In this document: positions 1 through 9,879 of the stretch, one piece after another
Position numbering within the stretch: the first letter of the stretch is position 1
Layout: every line of letters starts with the position of its first letter
Translations under genes and position numbers: made by a program
Notes under the pieces: generated by a model
Database searches by the model: none
Seen by the model: only the letters and a program-made list of their open reading frames with translations
What the model was told of the DNA's origin: nothing
DNA from: Tubiluchus corallicola
Taxonomy: Eukaryota; Animalia; Priapulida
Assembly (NCBI GenBank): GCA_030141605.1
Contig: JAQGDQ010002395.1
Span: 53,056-117,055 of the forward strand
Direction of reading: 5' to 3'
DNA: 64,000 bases

Positions 1-532
1 TCCGAACTGTTTTCCCTGAATCTAAAACACAAATATGTGTTGTTCATCAAATCCGTAACGCAAGCAGATACGTGGTTTGGAAAGATAAAAAGGCATTTAC
101 AAAAGATATGAAGCAAATCTAATGCCCCTACAAAAGAGGCTGCAAAAGCAGCTTTAGAAGATTTTGCAGCAGCTTGGGAGGATAAATACTCTTACGCAAT
201 TAAAAGCTGGCGAGACAACTGGGAAGACCTAACAGTATTCTTTGAGTTTCCGCTGGAAATCATAAAGATAATTTATACAACCAACCTGATTGAGAATCTC
301 AACGGAAAAATCAGAAAATACACAAAAAACAAACTTTCATTCCCGTCAGACCAGGCTGTAATGAAATCTGTATTTTTGGCAACCAGAGAAGCAACTAAAA
401 AATGGTCAATGCCAATCAGAAACTGGGGCATTGTCTTGAATCAGTTCTTAGTTATATTTGAAAAAAGGGTCCAGCTATAAATAGCCAAACCCTCGGTATT
501 TTTTTAGTTTACACACTTTGTGAAACAGTGTC
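1..532 (+). mobile_element. IS256-family element, 3' part (cut by window edge), frameshifted copy
   Basis: Near-identical to the reverse complement of ~6265-6800. Transposase stop at 477-479. Ends in the terminal IR ...tttacacactttgtgaaacagtgtc at 532. There is a 2-bp loss at ~120 (gcaaatct-aatgccc vs gcaaatctataacgccc) relative to the intact copy. Confidence 0.92.
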
Positions 533-567
533 AGATAGTGCTAGATAGTGCTTTTTTTGGAGTTTCG

Positions 568-1065
568 CTATTTTTCAGGCTGGCTTTTAAACTCGCGCTT
601 CAGGTTGATCATTTTTATAGCTGTAATGGCAGCTTCGTCTCCTTTATTTCCCAATATGCCGCCGGCGCGATCCATTGCCTGTTGCTGGTTGTCGGTTGTA
701 AGCACTCCAAAAATAACAGGGGTATTACTGTTTAAGTTCACCTGCATGGCTCCTTGCGTAACACCTTGGCATACAAAGTCGAAGTGGCTGGTTTCTCCAC
801 GAATTACACAGCCCAGCAATATAATGGCATCAACATTGGTATATTTTGCGAAAAACTGACCTCCCAATGCCAACTCAAAACTGCCCGGAACATGTTTAAT
901 TATAATATTATCATCACCAATACTACTCTTTTTTAGCGTTTTCACCGCTCCTTTTAAAAGGGCACCGGTAACTTCGCTGTTCCATTCTGATACAACTATG
1001 CCAAATGTCATAAGTTCGATGTCCGGCACGGATTGTATCTCGGTAGACTTGCCTTTTGTAACCAT
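568..1065 (-). CDS. ribH: 6,7-dimethyl-8-ribityllumazine synthase
   Basis: Motifs GIVVSEWN, VPGSFEL, LGCVIRGETSHFDFV, PVIFGVLT, GNKGDEAA. Confidence 0.97.
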   Translation of the reverse strand: MVTKGKSTEIQSVPDIELMTFGIVVSEWNSEVTGALLKGAVKTLKKSSIGDDNIIIKHVPGSFELALGGQFFAKYTNVDAIILLGCVIRGETSHFDFVCQGVTQGAMQVNLNSNTPVIFGVLTTDNQQQAMDRAGGILGNKGDEAAITAIKMINLKREFKSQPEK

Positions 1066-1156
1066 ATTAAGAGTGTTTTTGTGTAATAGTAATCTCTCTC
1101 TTTCCCCATTTTGTTCCAGAGGGGGCCCTGTTGATATGGTATGGTAAGTTTCCGGA

Positions 1157-1852
1157 TTACTTGCTTAGCATAATATTGGTGCGTGCAATATATTTGTCTA
1201 TATGCCTTCCTTCTGCAGAGTCGGGGTATTTATCCCTGATCTGTTCGTACGCCATCAGCGCTTTTTGCAGGTTGCCAATCTCCTTATATGTTACAGCAGC
1301 TTTCATCAAATAGATAGGAGAGGTGAGCTTATTATCGCTTTGTGTGGCAGCCTCCATATATAGTTTTGCTGCTTTTTCATATTCACCTATTTCGGAGTAT
1401 GCATCTCCTGTAGCACCTTTTGCAACAGGTCCCAAAAGCTTATCTTTTGTGTGAAATTTTTCCAGAAATTCAATAGCGTCTTCAAACTGTCCGAGGCGCA
1501 GGAATGAAATTCCTGTGTAGTATAGCGCCAGTTTTCCTGATTTTGTATTGCCAAAGTCATCTATGATATCAAGAAATCCCGGATAATTACCATCGCCGTT
1601 AATAGCGAGGTCAAGCGAATCTTTGCTGAAGTATCGTTCGGCAACAAACATTTGCTCACTGGCAGTTTTTTGGCGAGGAAGGGTGTAGAAACGGTGTGTA
1701 GATATTAAAATCACCACTGCTGCAACTACTATCACTAATACAGCCGTGATGGCTTTCCTATACTTTTCAAAGAGCTGTTCCGCGGAAGTTAGTGCACTTT
1801 CAACCTCTTGTAAGTTGGTGTCAATTTTACTTTTTTTGCTTGCTTTGCTCAT
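1157..1852 (-). CDS. Membrane-anchored tetratricopeptide repeat protein (YfgM-like)
   Basis: One N-terminal TM helix followed by TPR motifs. GDGNYPGFLDIIDDFGNTKSGKLA is typical of the Bacteroidota TPR gene next to ribH/recF. Likely start MSKASKK at 1852; the ORF extends to 1936. Confidence 0.8.
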   Translation of the reverse strand: MSKASKKSKIDTNLQEVESALTSAEQLFEKYRKAITAVLVIVVAAVVILISTHRFYTLPRQKTASEQMFVAERYFSKDSLDLAINGDGNYPGFLDIIDDFGNTKSGKLALYYTGISFLRLGQFEDAIEFLEKFHTKDKLLGPVAKGATGDAYSEIGEYEKAAKLYMEAATQSDNKLTSPIYLMKAAVTYKEIGNLQKALMAYEQIRDKYPDSAEGRHIDKYIARTNIMLSK

Positions 1853-2324
1853 ATTCTGATTCAAATACTTTTTTAAAATAGTTGTGATAGGGACAAAAGT
1901 ATATCTTTTTGCCGAACAGATTTCTATTTTTTCCATATAATTTTACGGAGCTACCAGATTGAAAATAAAGTTTTAAATATGTTTATTTAAAAAGAGCCCT
2001 TTGCAAGGCGAAATATTTTGACTCTGATTTAGGAAAAATTGAATAATAAATCACTCCTTGTCACTGCGAATTATGGGATTGGTGAAATATAAATTGGTGA
2101 AAAGATGGGTTTTACAAAGAGTCTCTCAATGGGCGATATCATAGTCGCGGTACGAGATGGTGAGATAGCGAGGGTAACGGACAGCTGGCGCAGCTTAATA
2201 CTTATTGATAAGTTCCTGATAAGAAAAATATGGGTATATTGCCGAAAGCGGTTATTTTTGGCCAAAATGTATAGATGTAAGGTTTAGCTTTTGTTGCTCA
2301 ACACTGGAAATTATCATTGTTTTT

Positions 2325-3431
2325 ATGCATATAAGTGAGTTATCTGTTGTCAATTACAAAAATATTACTGAAGCCAGGCTACAGCTTTCTTCAAAGCTGA
2401 ATTGCTTTATTGGTAATAACGGAGTTGGCAAGACCAATCTTCTTGATTGTATCTACTACCTTTCGTTTTGCAGGAGTTATTTCAACGCTTCCGATATTTA
2501 CAATATAAAGCATGGGGAGGAGTTTTTTATTCTGCAGGGTAGGTACATGAAGGGAGAGGATGGGGAAGAGGAGGTACATTGCGGGTTGAAGAGGGGGCAG
2601 AGGAAGAGGTTTCGCCGCAATAAGAAGGAGTATCAGAGGCTATTGGAGCATATTGGTGTATTGCCACTTGTCATGGTTTCCCCATCCGATGTACAGCTTA
2701 TTCTTGGAGGAAGCGAGGAGCGCAGAAAGTTTATGGACAATGTGATATCCCAGTCTGACCGTACCTACCTTAGTTGGCTGGTGAGGTATAATAGAGCTGT
2801 TTTGCAGAGGAACAGCCTACTTAAACATTTTGCAAAGAATCATGTTTTTGACGCAGCTGGCTTGGAGGTGTGGGATGAGCAGCTTGTAGCTTTTGGAGAA
2901 AAGATATATAAAAAGAGAACAGAGTTTCTTTCGGATTTATTACCGGTATTTCAGAAGTATTACCAGCTTGTTTCTAAGGGAGGTGAAGAGGTCTCTCTTA
3001 AATATTTATCACAACTGGAGAGTGGCGGGTTCAGGGACATGTTGAGAGAGGCTCTTCCTAAAGACAGGATATTGCAATATACTTCAACGGGAGTCCACAA
3101 GGATGACTTGGATTTAAAACTGGGTGGTTACCCCATAAAAAAGCTGGGTTCACAGGGTCAAAAAAAGACATATCTTATTTCGTTGAAATTGGCGCAGTTT
3201 GAGTTTATAAGCTCGGTGAGTGGGGCAAAGCCTATACTGCTTTTGGATGATATTTTCGATAAGCTTGACAGTGAAAGAGTAGAGCAGATTGTAAGCCTTG
3301 TCTCCGGAAACACCTTCGGGCAGATATTTATTACTGATACAAATAGAGAGCATCTTGACAGTATTATATCCAGCTCGTTGGACGATTACAAGATATTTAA
3401 TGTTACAGGCAGCGGGGTAGTTAGTGGTTGA
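2325..3431 (+). CDS. recF: DNA replication/repair protein RecF
   Basis: Walker A GNNGVGKTN, GSQGQKK signature, Walker B PILLLDDIFDKLD. Confidence 0.97.
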   Translation: MHISELSVVNYKNITEARLQLSSKLNCFIGNNGVGKTNLLDCIYYLSFCRSYFNASDIYNIKHGEEFFILQGRYMKGEDGEEEVHCGLKRGQRKRFRRNKKEYQRLLEHIGVLPLVMVSPSDVQLILGGSEERRKFMDNVISQSDRTYLSWLVRYNRAVLQRNSLLKHFAKNHVFDAAGLEVWDEQLVAFGEKIYKKRTEFLSDLLPVFQKYYQLVSKGGEEVSLKYLSQLESGGFRDMLREALPKDRILQYTSTGVHKDDLDLKLGGYPIKKLGSQGQKKTYLISLKLAQFEFISSVSGAKPILLLDDIFDKLDSERVEQIVSLVSGNTFGQIFITDTNREHLDSIISSSLDDYKIFNVTGSGVVSG

Positions 3432-3742
3432 ATACAAAAAATGTATTGAAAATGCGCAGGAATAAAGCGGTGAAGTTTGGTAATGTTATGAAGGATCTCT
3501 TAAAAGAGACTGGAATAGAGGAGAAGCTATCTGATGCCAGGAGTGTGAGCGCGTGGAGTGAGGTGGTAGGAGAGGTTATTGTAAAGGCAACAAGGAGTAT
3601 TTATATTAGGAATGGTGTACTCTATGTGCATCTCTCTTCTTCAGTGGTACGGAATGAACTGTTTATGATGCGACAAAGAATAATAAGTGATATAAACAGC
3701 AAGCCCGGTGTAAGCAAGATAAAGGCAATAGTTTTGAAGTAG
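3428..3742 (+). CDS. DUF721/DciA-like protein
   Basis: WSEVVG...IYIRNGVLYVHLSSSVVRNEL, located downstream of recF. The start may be the ATG at 3452. Confidence 0.82.
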   Translation: MNTKNVLKMRRNKAVKFGNVMKDLLKETGIEEKLSDARSVSAWSEVVGEVIVKATRSIYIRNGVLYVHLSSSVVRNELFMMRQRIISDINSKPGVSKIKAIVLK

Positions 3743-3830
3743 GTGCGGAGGCAGAGGGTATAGTGTACCTTTCGGTGTTTTATTAGAGGCAGCAAACAAG
3801 TATAGTAGATGGGTGTTTTAAAGGATATAT

Positions 3831-6233
3831 ATGGATAATGGTGTGAGAAAAGTTGGTGTTCTTCGTTTTATTATTTTGCTTCCCCTGTTTTTGGGAGCGC
3901 TGATAATTGTAGTTTTTTTTTCATGTGTCGGCCGTGGAGGGAGGAGTACCGGGCATACTGAGCCTGATGTTTATGCAGGATCGGAAAGCTGTAAAGAGTG
4001 TCATGAGGAGTTTTACCGCCTGTGGTCGACATCGCACCATGGTAAAGCGATGCAGCCGCTAGATGAGAGTTTTACTTCCGACAAGGTTCCCGAGATGAGA
4101 GAGTGGCAAGAGGTTGAGGGTGGGGAGTTTAGGATAGTGAAGCGCGAAGGGAAGTTATTATATGAGGAGCGTACCGGAGATAGTATTAACGTTTATGAGG
4201 CTGTTCATGCTATGGGTGGCAAGAATATTTTCTATTTTCTTACACCACTGGATAAGGGTAGGCTACAGGTGCTACCTTTGGCTTATGACCTTAATCGGGA
4301 AGAGTGGTACAATACCCAGGAGAGTGCTGTCAGGCACTTTGTAGAGGTAGTGGAAGATGAGGCACTACCGTGGAAGCATTATCTGTATACGTTTAATACA
4401 ACTTGTCACAGCTGTCACGTTAGCCAGCTGGAAAATAATTATGATCTGGAGTCCGGCACCTATTTTACTACATGGAGGGAACCCGGTATCAACTGTGAGG
4501 CGTGTCATGGCCCGTCAAGGGAGCATGTCGATGTTTTTCGCAATGCGAAGGATGGAGAGCATCCTGATGACTGGAAGATATTGTTGACATCAAAGTTTAC
4601 AACGGAGCAGCACAATTCGACATGTTCATCATGCCATGCGAAAATGTCGCCGGTTACAGCCCATTATCAGCCGGGTGAGGAGTTTTACGATCATTTTAAT
4701 CTTGTAACCCTAGACAATATTGATTATTACCCCGACGGTCGTGATCTGGGCGAGAATTATACTTACACGAGCTGGAGTCAGAGCCCTTGTGTTCAGGCAG
4801 GAGCGGAGTTTCATTGTGTTACGTGTCACACCTCATCGGGGCGTTATCGTTTTGCCGAGGAGGACCACAATAATGCATGTATGCCGTGTCATCAAAGTAA
4901 GGTGGAGAATATAGAGGCTCATTCATACCATCCGGCAGATAGTAAGGCGGGGCAGTGTGTGGCGTGCCACATGCCAAAGACCGAGTTTGCCAGAATGGTG
5001 CGTAGCGATCACTCTATGCGTCCGCCTATGCCTGCCGCAAGTGTTGAATTTGGTTCCCCAAACGCGTGTAATATTTGTCATGAAGGCAGAGATGCTGCTT
5101 GGGCAGACAGGGTGGTGCGTAAGCGGTATAAAAAGGATTATCAGGCTTCGGTGGTTTATGTTGGTAAGCTGATAAAGGAGGCGAGAGATAATGATTTTAG
5201 CAGGGTAGGGGAGATGCTGAGCTATATAAAAGAGAATGCAGACAAGGAGGTGTACACAGCGTCGTTAATAAGGTTGGTTGCCCGCGCTACTGATGATAGC
5301 AAGTGGGATGTTTTCAGGGATATGCTGTCTGCTGCCGAGTCGCCACTGGTTAGGATAGCTGCTGCTGAGGGGCTTGCTTCCGATTTTTCGCCGAAAAGTA
5401 AAAGTGTACTGTTAAGAGCATTAGATGACAGATATATGGCTGTGCGCATGGCTGCTATTTCATCATTAACACTTTACCCCCGAAGCTCTTTTTCACGGGC
5501 GGAGCTTTTAAAGCTTACTCCTTGTTTTGAGGATTATGAGGAGTTGCTTACTGCACGTATTGACGAGTGGTCGGCACACTATAATCTGGGTAACTTTTAT
5601 ACTCAGCAGGAGCGGTTTGATGAAGCGCTGTCTGCTTACAATATTTCGGCTGGGTTAAATCCGGAAGCGGTGCCTTCATTAGTGAATGCGGGATATGTTT
5701 ATGGTCTGGTTGGCGACTACGCCACAGCAGAAAAGAGGCTTGTACAGGCTCTTGTGGTTGCTCCTGATAATGAGGCTGCAAATCTTAACTATGCCCTTTT
5801 GCTGGGTGAGCAGGGACGCATGGGTGAGGCTGAGACTGTATATCGCAAGCTTATGGAGATAAACCCCAAGTCGGTTACTGCCGCATACAACCTTGCCGTT
5901 ATTCTATCCAAACAGAACATAGATGAGGCTCTGGTCTTTAGCGAGCTTGCTGCCCGGCATGATTCGGACAACAGTCGTTACAGCTATACATACGCCTATT
6001 TCCTTTTGCAGGCCAATAAAGGTTTGGAGGCTGAGAAGGTATTGCTACAGCTGATAAGCGATTTTCCGGATTATGGAGACGCGTATGCGCTGCTTGCCAA
6101 CTACTATCTGGAATCCGGTAGTGTAGACAAGGCAAAGAGTGTCTATACTAAAGCGTTGGAAGAGCAGAGTATTCCTGAAAGTGTAAAGCAGGCATTTGCT
6201 CGTAGCTTATTGCAGCTTAACGGTAGCAGGTAA
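3831..6233 (+). CDS. Multiheme (8 CxxCH) cytochrome c with HEAT and TPR repeats, probable lipoprotein/exported
   Basis: CKECH, CHSCH, CEACH, CSSCH, CVTCH, CMPCH, CVACH, CNICH. HEAT-like segments SPLVRIAAAEGL and MAVRMAAISSL. C-terminal TPRs. Hydrophobic N-terminus ending FFSC. Confidence 0.88.
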   Translation: MDNGVRKVGVLRFIILLPLFLGALIIVVFFSCVGRGGRSTGHTEPDVYAGSESCKECHEEFYRLWSTSHHGKAMQPLDESFTSDKVPEMREWQEVEGGEFRIVKREGKLLYEERTGDSINVYEAVHAMGGKNIFYFLTPLDKGRLQVLPLAYDLNREEWYNTQESAVRHFVEVVEDEALPWKHYLYTFNTTCHSCHVSQLENNYDLESGTYFTTWREPGINCEACHGPSREHVDVFRNAKDGEHPDDWKILLTSKFTTEQHNSTCSSCHAKMSPVTAHYQPGEEFYDHFNLVTLDNIDYYPDGRDLGENYTYTSWSQSPCVQAGAEFHCVTCHTSSGRYRFAEEDHNNACMPCHQSKVENIEAHSYHPADSKAGQCVACHMPKTEFARMVRSDHSMRPPMPAASVEFGSPNACNICHEGRDAAWADRVVRKRYKKDYQASVVYVGKLIKEARDNDFSRVGEMLSYIKENADKEVYTASLIRLVARATDDSKWDVFRDMLSAAESPLVRIAAAEGLASDFSPKSKSVLLRALDDRYMAVRMAAISSLTLYPRSSFSRAELLKLTPCFEDYEELLTARIDEWSAHYNLGNFYTQQERFDEALSAYNISAGLNPEAVPSLVNAGYVYGLVGDYATAEKRLVQALVVAPDNEAANLNYALLLGEQGRMGEAETVYRKLMEINPKSVTAAYNLAVILSKQNIDEALVFSELAARHDSDNSRYSYTYAYFLLQANKGLEAEKVLLQLISDFPDYGDAYALLANYYLESGSVDKAKSVYTKALEEQSIPESVKQAFARSLLQLNGSR

Positions 6234-6316
6234 TAACGAGCTCTTCGCAAAGTTCACGTTTTATGACACTGTTTCACAAAGTGTGTAAACTAAAAAAATA
6301 CCGAGGGTTTGGCTAT

Positions 6317-7513
6317 TTATAGCTGGACCCTTTTTTCAAATATAACTAAGAACTGATTCAAGACAATGCCCCAGTTTCTGATTGGCATTGACCATTTTTT
6401 AGTTGCTTCTCTGGTTGCCAAAAATACAGATTTCATTACAGCCTGGTCTGACGGGAATGAAAGTTTGTTTTTTGTGTATTTTCTGATTTTTCCGTTGAGA
6501 TTCTCAATCAGGTTGGTTGTATAAATTATCTTTATGATTTCCAGCGGAAACTCAAAGAATACGGTTAGATCTTCCCAGTTGTCTCGCCAGCTTTTAATTG
6601 CGTAAGAGTATTTATCCTCCCAAGCTGCTGCAAAATCTTCTAAAGCTGCTTTTGCAGCCTCTTTTGTATGGGCGTTATAGATTTGCTTCATATCTTTTGT
6701 AAATGCCTTTTTATCTTTCCAAACCACGTATCTGCTTGCGTTACGGATTTGATGAACAACACATATTTGTGTTTTAGATTCAGGGAAAACAGTTCGGATA
6801 GTATCTGTAAAGCCATTCAAGTTATCTGTTGCCGTAATCAGGATATCGTTAACTCCACGGGCTTTCATATCGGTAAGTACGTTCATCCAAAAGGCAGCGG
6901 ACTCACTCTTGCCCAACCATAAGCCAAGAACCTCTTTTTTCCCATCTCTGCGAAGTCCTACGGCAATGTAAACGGTTTTGTTGACGACCTTAGAGTTCTC
7001 CCGCACTTTAAATACAATGCCATCCATCCAAACAATTAGGTATACAATTTCCAGAGGTCGGTTCTGCCACGCTACAATGTCGTTGGTGACTGAATCGGTA
7101 ATCCTTGATATGGTGGATGTAGAAACTTCAAAACCGTATAGCTCCCGAATTTGCTCTTCAATATCGCTATTACTCATTCCTTTAGCATAAAACGAAACAA
7201 TGATATTCTCTAAGCCATCGACCATGTTCCCTCCTTTGGGTACAATCATCGGATTAAACGAAGCATCACGGTCTCGGGGAACCTGAATGTTGGATTCTCC
7301 CAGAGTGGTTCGGACTCTCTTCTCTGAATAGCCATTGCGGGCATTCTGATTATTCGATTTTTGATTCTTATCATAGCCTAAATGACCATCGAGTTCTCCT
7401 TCAAGCATCTTTTCAATGCCTCGTTTTTGGAGCTCTTGTAAAAAACCATTGAGCTCTTCCCCTGAATTAAACTGTTCAAGGAAATCATCATTTAATAAAT
7501 CTTCTTTTTTCAT
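6317..7513 (-). CDS. IS256-family (Mutator-type DDE) transposase
   Basis: [41 protein letters not shown]. Confidence 0.97.
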   Translation of the reverse strand: MKKEDLLNDDFLEQFNSGEELNGFLQELQKRGIEKMLEGELDGHLGYDKNQKSNNQNARNGYSEKRVRTTLGESNIQVPRDRDASFNPMIVPKGGNMVDGLENIIVSFYAKGMSNSDIEEQIRELYGFEVSTSTISRITDSVTNDIVAWQNRPLEIVYLIVWMDGIVFKVRENSKVVNKTVYIAVGLRRDGKKEVLGLWLGKSESAAFWMNVLTDMKARGVNDILITATDNLNGFTDTIRTVFPESKTQICVVHQIRNASRYVVWKDKKAFTKDMKQIYNAHTKEAAKAALEDFAAAWEDKYSYAIKSWRDNWEDLTVFFEFPLEIIKIIYTTNLIENLNGKIRKYTKNKLSFPSDQAVMKSVFLATREATKKWSMPIRNWGIVLNQFLVIFEKRVQL

Positions 7514-7542
7514 TACTGTCTAAAGTTTTAAAATTAAACAAA

Positions 7543-7574
7543 AAAATGCCGAGGGTTGCAACCCTCGGCATTTT
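7543..7574. promoter_or_regulatory. 32-bp perfect palindrome in the IS256 left end
   Basis: aaaatgccgagggttgcaaccctcggcatttt, 30 bp upstream of the transposase ATG. The half-site ccgagggtt recurs in the other end (~6301). Confidence 0.6.
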
Positions 7575-7694
7575 CTATTTACACAGTTTATGAGATAGTG
7601 CTCGTTTTATTAGCACTTTTATCAGGATTCTTTTTTAAGCCATCATTTTTGGACAGCCTCTTTGTGCGACTATTGAGCAGTGAAAAAGTTTTGA

Positions 7695-8687
7695 CTAATC
7701 GTTGACATCCTCTTCTGTATCCTGTCTGTCATCATCTGCAATTGATTCCCTCATAAAGGTGTCAGCGCCTATATTTTTGTATTTCATATAGTCCATGACA
7801 CCAAGGTTGCCACTCTTAAACGCTGTTGATATTGCTAAAGGAACCTGAGCTTCCGCTTCAATTACTTTTGCGCGTGCCTCCTGAGCTTTCGCCCGCATTT
7901 CCTGCTCTAGAGCGACTGCCATTGCGCGACGTTCCTCTGCTTTTGCCTGAGCTATGTTTTTATCTGCATCTGCCTGATCCATTTGAAGGACCGCCCCTAT
8001 ATTTTTACCAATATCAATATCTGCAATATCAATAGATAGTATTTCAAATGCTGTTCCTGCATCCAACCCTTTTTCTAGCACCAATTTTGATATTGAGTCG
8101 GGGTTCTCCAGCACCTCTTTGTGGGAATATGAGGATCCAATTGAGGATACGATACCTTCTCCCACTCTTGCCAAGATGGTCTCTTCTCCTGCTCCTCCGA
8201 CAAGCTGCTTGATGTTTGCCCTTACTGTTACACGAGCTTTGCAAATAAGCTGTATTCCATCTTTGGCAACGGCTGTAACTGGGGGCGTGTCAATGACTTT
8301 TGGGTTTACTGACATTTGAACAGCCTGAAACACATCTCTTCCCGCCAAATCAATTGCTGTGGCCATGTTAAAAGACAAGTCAATATTGGCTTTTTCGGCG
8401 GATACGAGAGCATGAACAACGCTTTCAACCCGTCCCCCCGCAAGGTAATGAGCCTCCAGTTGATCCCGCATTACCGCTTTCAGCCCGGCCTTATGTGCTT
8501 CTATCATCGCTCTTGTAATAGTACCGGGAGGAACCTTCCTGAATCTCATTAGAAAAAGTTGCAGTATTGATATGTTAACTCCTGAAACAAGAGCAGAGAA
8601 CCATAACCCTATCGGGATAAGGTAAACAAACAGCATCAGGAGTACAATTATCCCTACAAAAATTCCAATAATACTTGCCATGTCCAT
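7695..8687 (-). CDS. floA: Flotillin-like protein FloA (YqfA family)
   Basis: [47 protein letters not shown]. Confidence 0.95.
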   Translation of the reverse strand: MDMASIIGIFVGIIVLLMLFVYLIPIGLWFSALVSGVNISILQLFLMRFRKVPPGTITRAMIEAHKAGLKAVMRDQLEAHYLAGGRVESVVHALVSAEKANIDLSFNMATAIDLAGRDVFQAVQMSVNPKVIDTPPVTAVAKDGIQLICKARVTVRANIKQLVGGAGEETILARVGEGIVSSIGSSYSHKEVLENPDSISKLVLEKGLDAGTAFEILSIDIADIDIGKNIGAVLQMDQADADKNIAQAKAEERRAMAVALEQEMRAKAQEARAKVIEAEAQVPLAISTAFKSGNLGVMDYMKYKNIGADTFMRESIADDDRQDTEEDVND

Positions 8688-8690
8688 AGT

Positions 8691-9167
8691 TTATCGACTT
8701 TTTATTTGTTTAATAACTAATTGATTTTTTAGCACTTTAATTACTTTTACCCTCTCTCCTGCATCAATCAGGTTTCCGGAGGTTTTACCTTCATACACAT
8801 TGTTGTCTACCAATATCTTCCCTATAGGTGCCAGCCTTGTTAATGCAACACCTCTGTCTCCCTGCTTTACAGCCTGCTTGTCTATTTGAGCTGCTTTGCC
8901 TGTAATAGCAGAGCTTAGTCTCATTTTTTTTCCCAACCTGCCTTTAAAGAAGCGGTAGAAAATGATCGGGGTTACTATTGTGACAAGAAGCAATGCAAGA
9001 ACACCTCCCCATATGCCATAGTTGACAAAAGCCAAGTATGTACTATACACAAATAATCCCCCCCCTGCAATTCCGAAAACAGTCACACCGGGAATAACCG
9101 CAAGCTCTATAATGAGTAGCACAGCTCCCAGAAGAATAAGTCCCAATATTATAACAATAGAGTTCAT
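8691..9167 (-). CDS. NfeD-family membrane protein (short form)
   Basis: TM helices with ELAVIPG, followed by an OB-fold segment GVALTRLAPIGKI. Upstream of floA. Confidence 0.88.
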   Translation of the reverse strand: MNSIVIILGLILLGAVLLIIELAVIPGVTVFGIAGGGLFVYSTYLAFVNYGIWGGVLALLLVTIVTPIIFYRFFKGRLGKKMRLSSAITGKAAQIDKQAVKQGDRGVALTRLAPIGKILVDNNVYEGKTSGNLIDAGERVKVIKVLKNQLVIKQIKSR

Positions 9168-9193
9168 ACAAGAAGATTAGAGTTAAAATCACA

Positions 9194-9469
9194 TCATCTA
9201 ATTTCAACGTTGAGGCCGTATGCACCAAGTGCGTTCTCCATAGGGGCCAAATTCTCTTTTAACCCCTCTTTGATTATGCACTCACCCTTGTAGTGTGCAA
9301 TATATGTGCATTGCGACGCCTGAGTTGTATCGTGGTTACATACCTTTGATAATGTATTAGCTACATGGTCAAAAGTGTTATAGTTATCATTGTAGAGTAC
9401 AAGATACCTGTTTCTGGGTTCAATACTTCTGTTTACTTCTTTATCACTCTTTTTTTCCTTAATAGTCAT
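9194..9469 (-). CDS. clpS: ATP-dependent Clp protease adaptor ClpS
   Basis: LVLYNDNYNTFDHV, QASQCTYIAHYKG. Confidence 0.9.
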   Translation of the reverse strand: MTIKEKKSDKEVNRSIEPRNRYLVLYNDNYNTFDHVANTLSKVCNHDTTQASQCTYIAHYKGECIIKEGLKENLAPMENALGAYGLNVEIR

Positions 9470-9879
9470 AAATATTAATATTTAATGTTGCTTTATTACT
9501 GACTATTGCCCTATTGTCGAGGCGTTGCTGCAAGGTAGTAATAAAAAATTGTTACCCCAAATTAATTTTGTCGGTTTGTTTTAAATCAGACATTTAATTG
9601 GCGGTGATTTACTTTCAGCAGGGGTATGTGAGGCTTTGTTTAACAGAACTGAGGCTCCTGTGAGCACACTTTTTTATTAATACTATTTTTTCTTCAGATC
9701 TTTTTATTTATATCGGAATTACGGTTGGTTCTCTCTTCATCGTTATAATCAATTTTTTTGTTTTGCAAGAGCCCCGGCTTGATTTTGCCCATCGTGGGTG
9801 TAATTTTATATTTTTGTTTATTCGAGGCTGTAAAAAGTAGTTTTTTAAACTCGGTATTAATCCCGGAGGGCAGAGTCAA

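Larger units (their letters stand above)
6265..7602 (-). mobile_element. Complete IS256-family insertion sequence (1338 bp)
   Basis: Imperfect terminal IRs gacactgtttcacaaagtgtgtaaa / agcactatctcataaactgtgtaaa. 8-bp TSD cgttttat at 6257-6264 and 7603-7610. Confidence 0.96.

Noticed and set aside
2071-2287. Short ORFs between the TPR gene and recF
   Set aside because: Two overlapping ~60-aa ORFs on opposite strands with no recognisable motif; probably promoter or spacer DNA.
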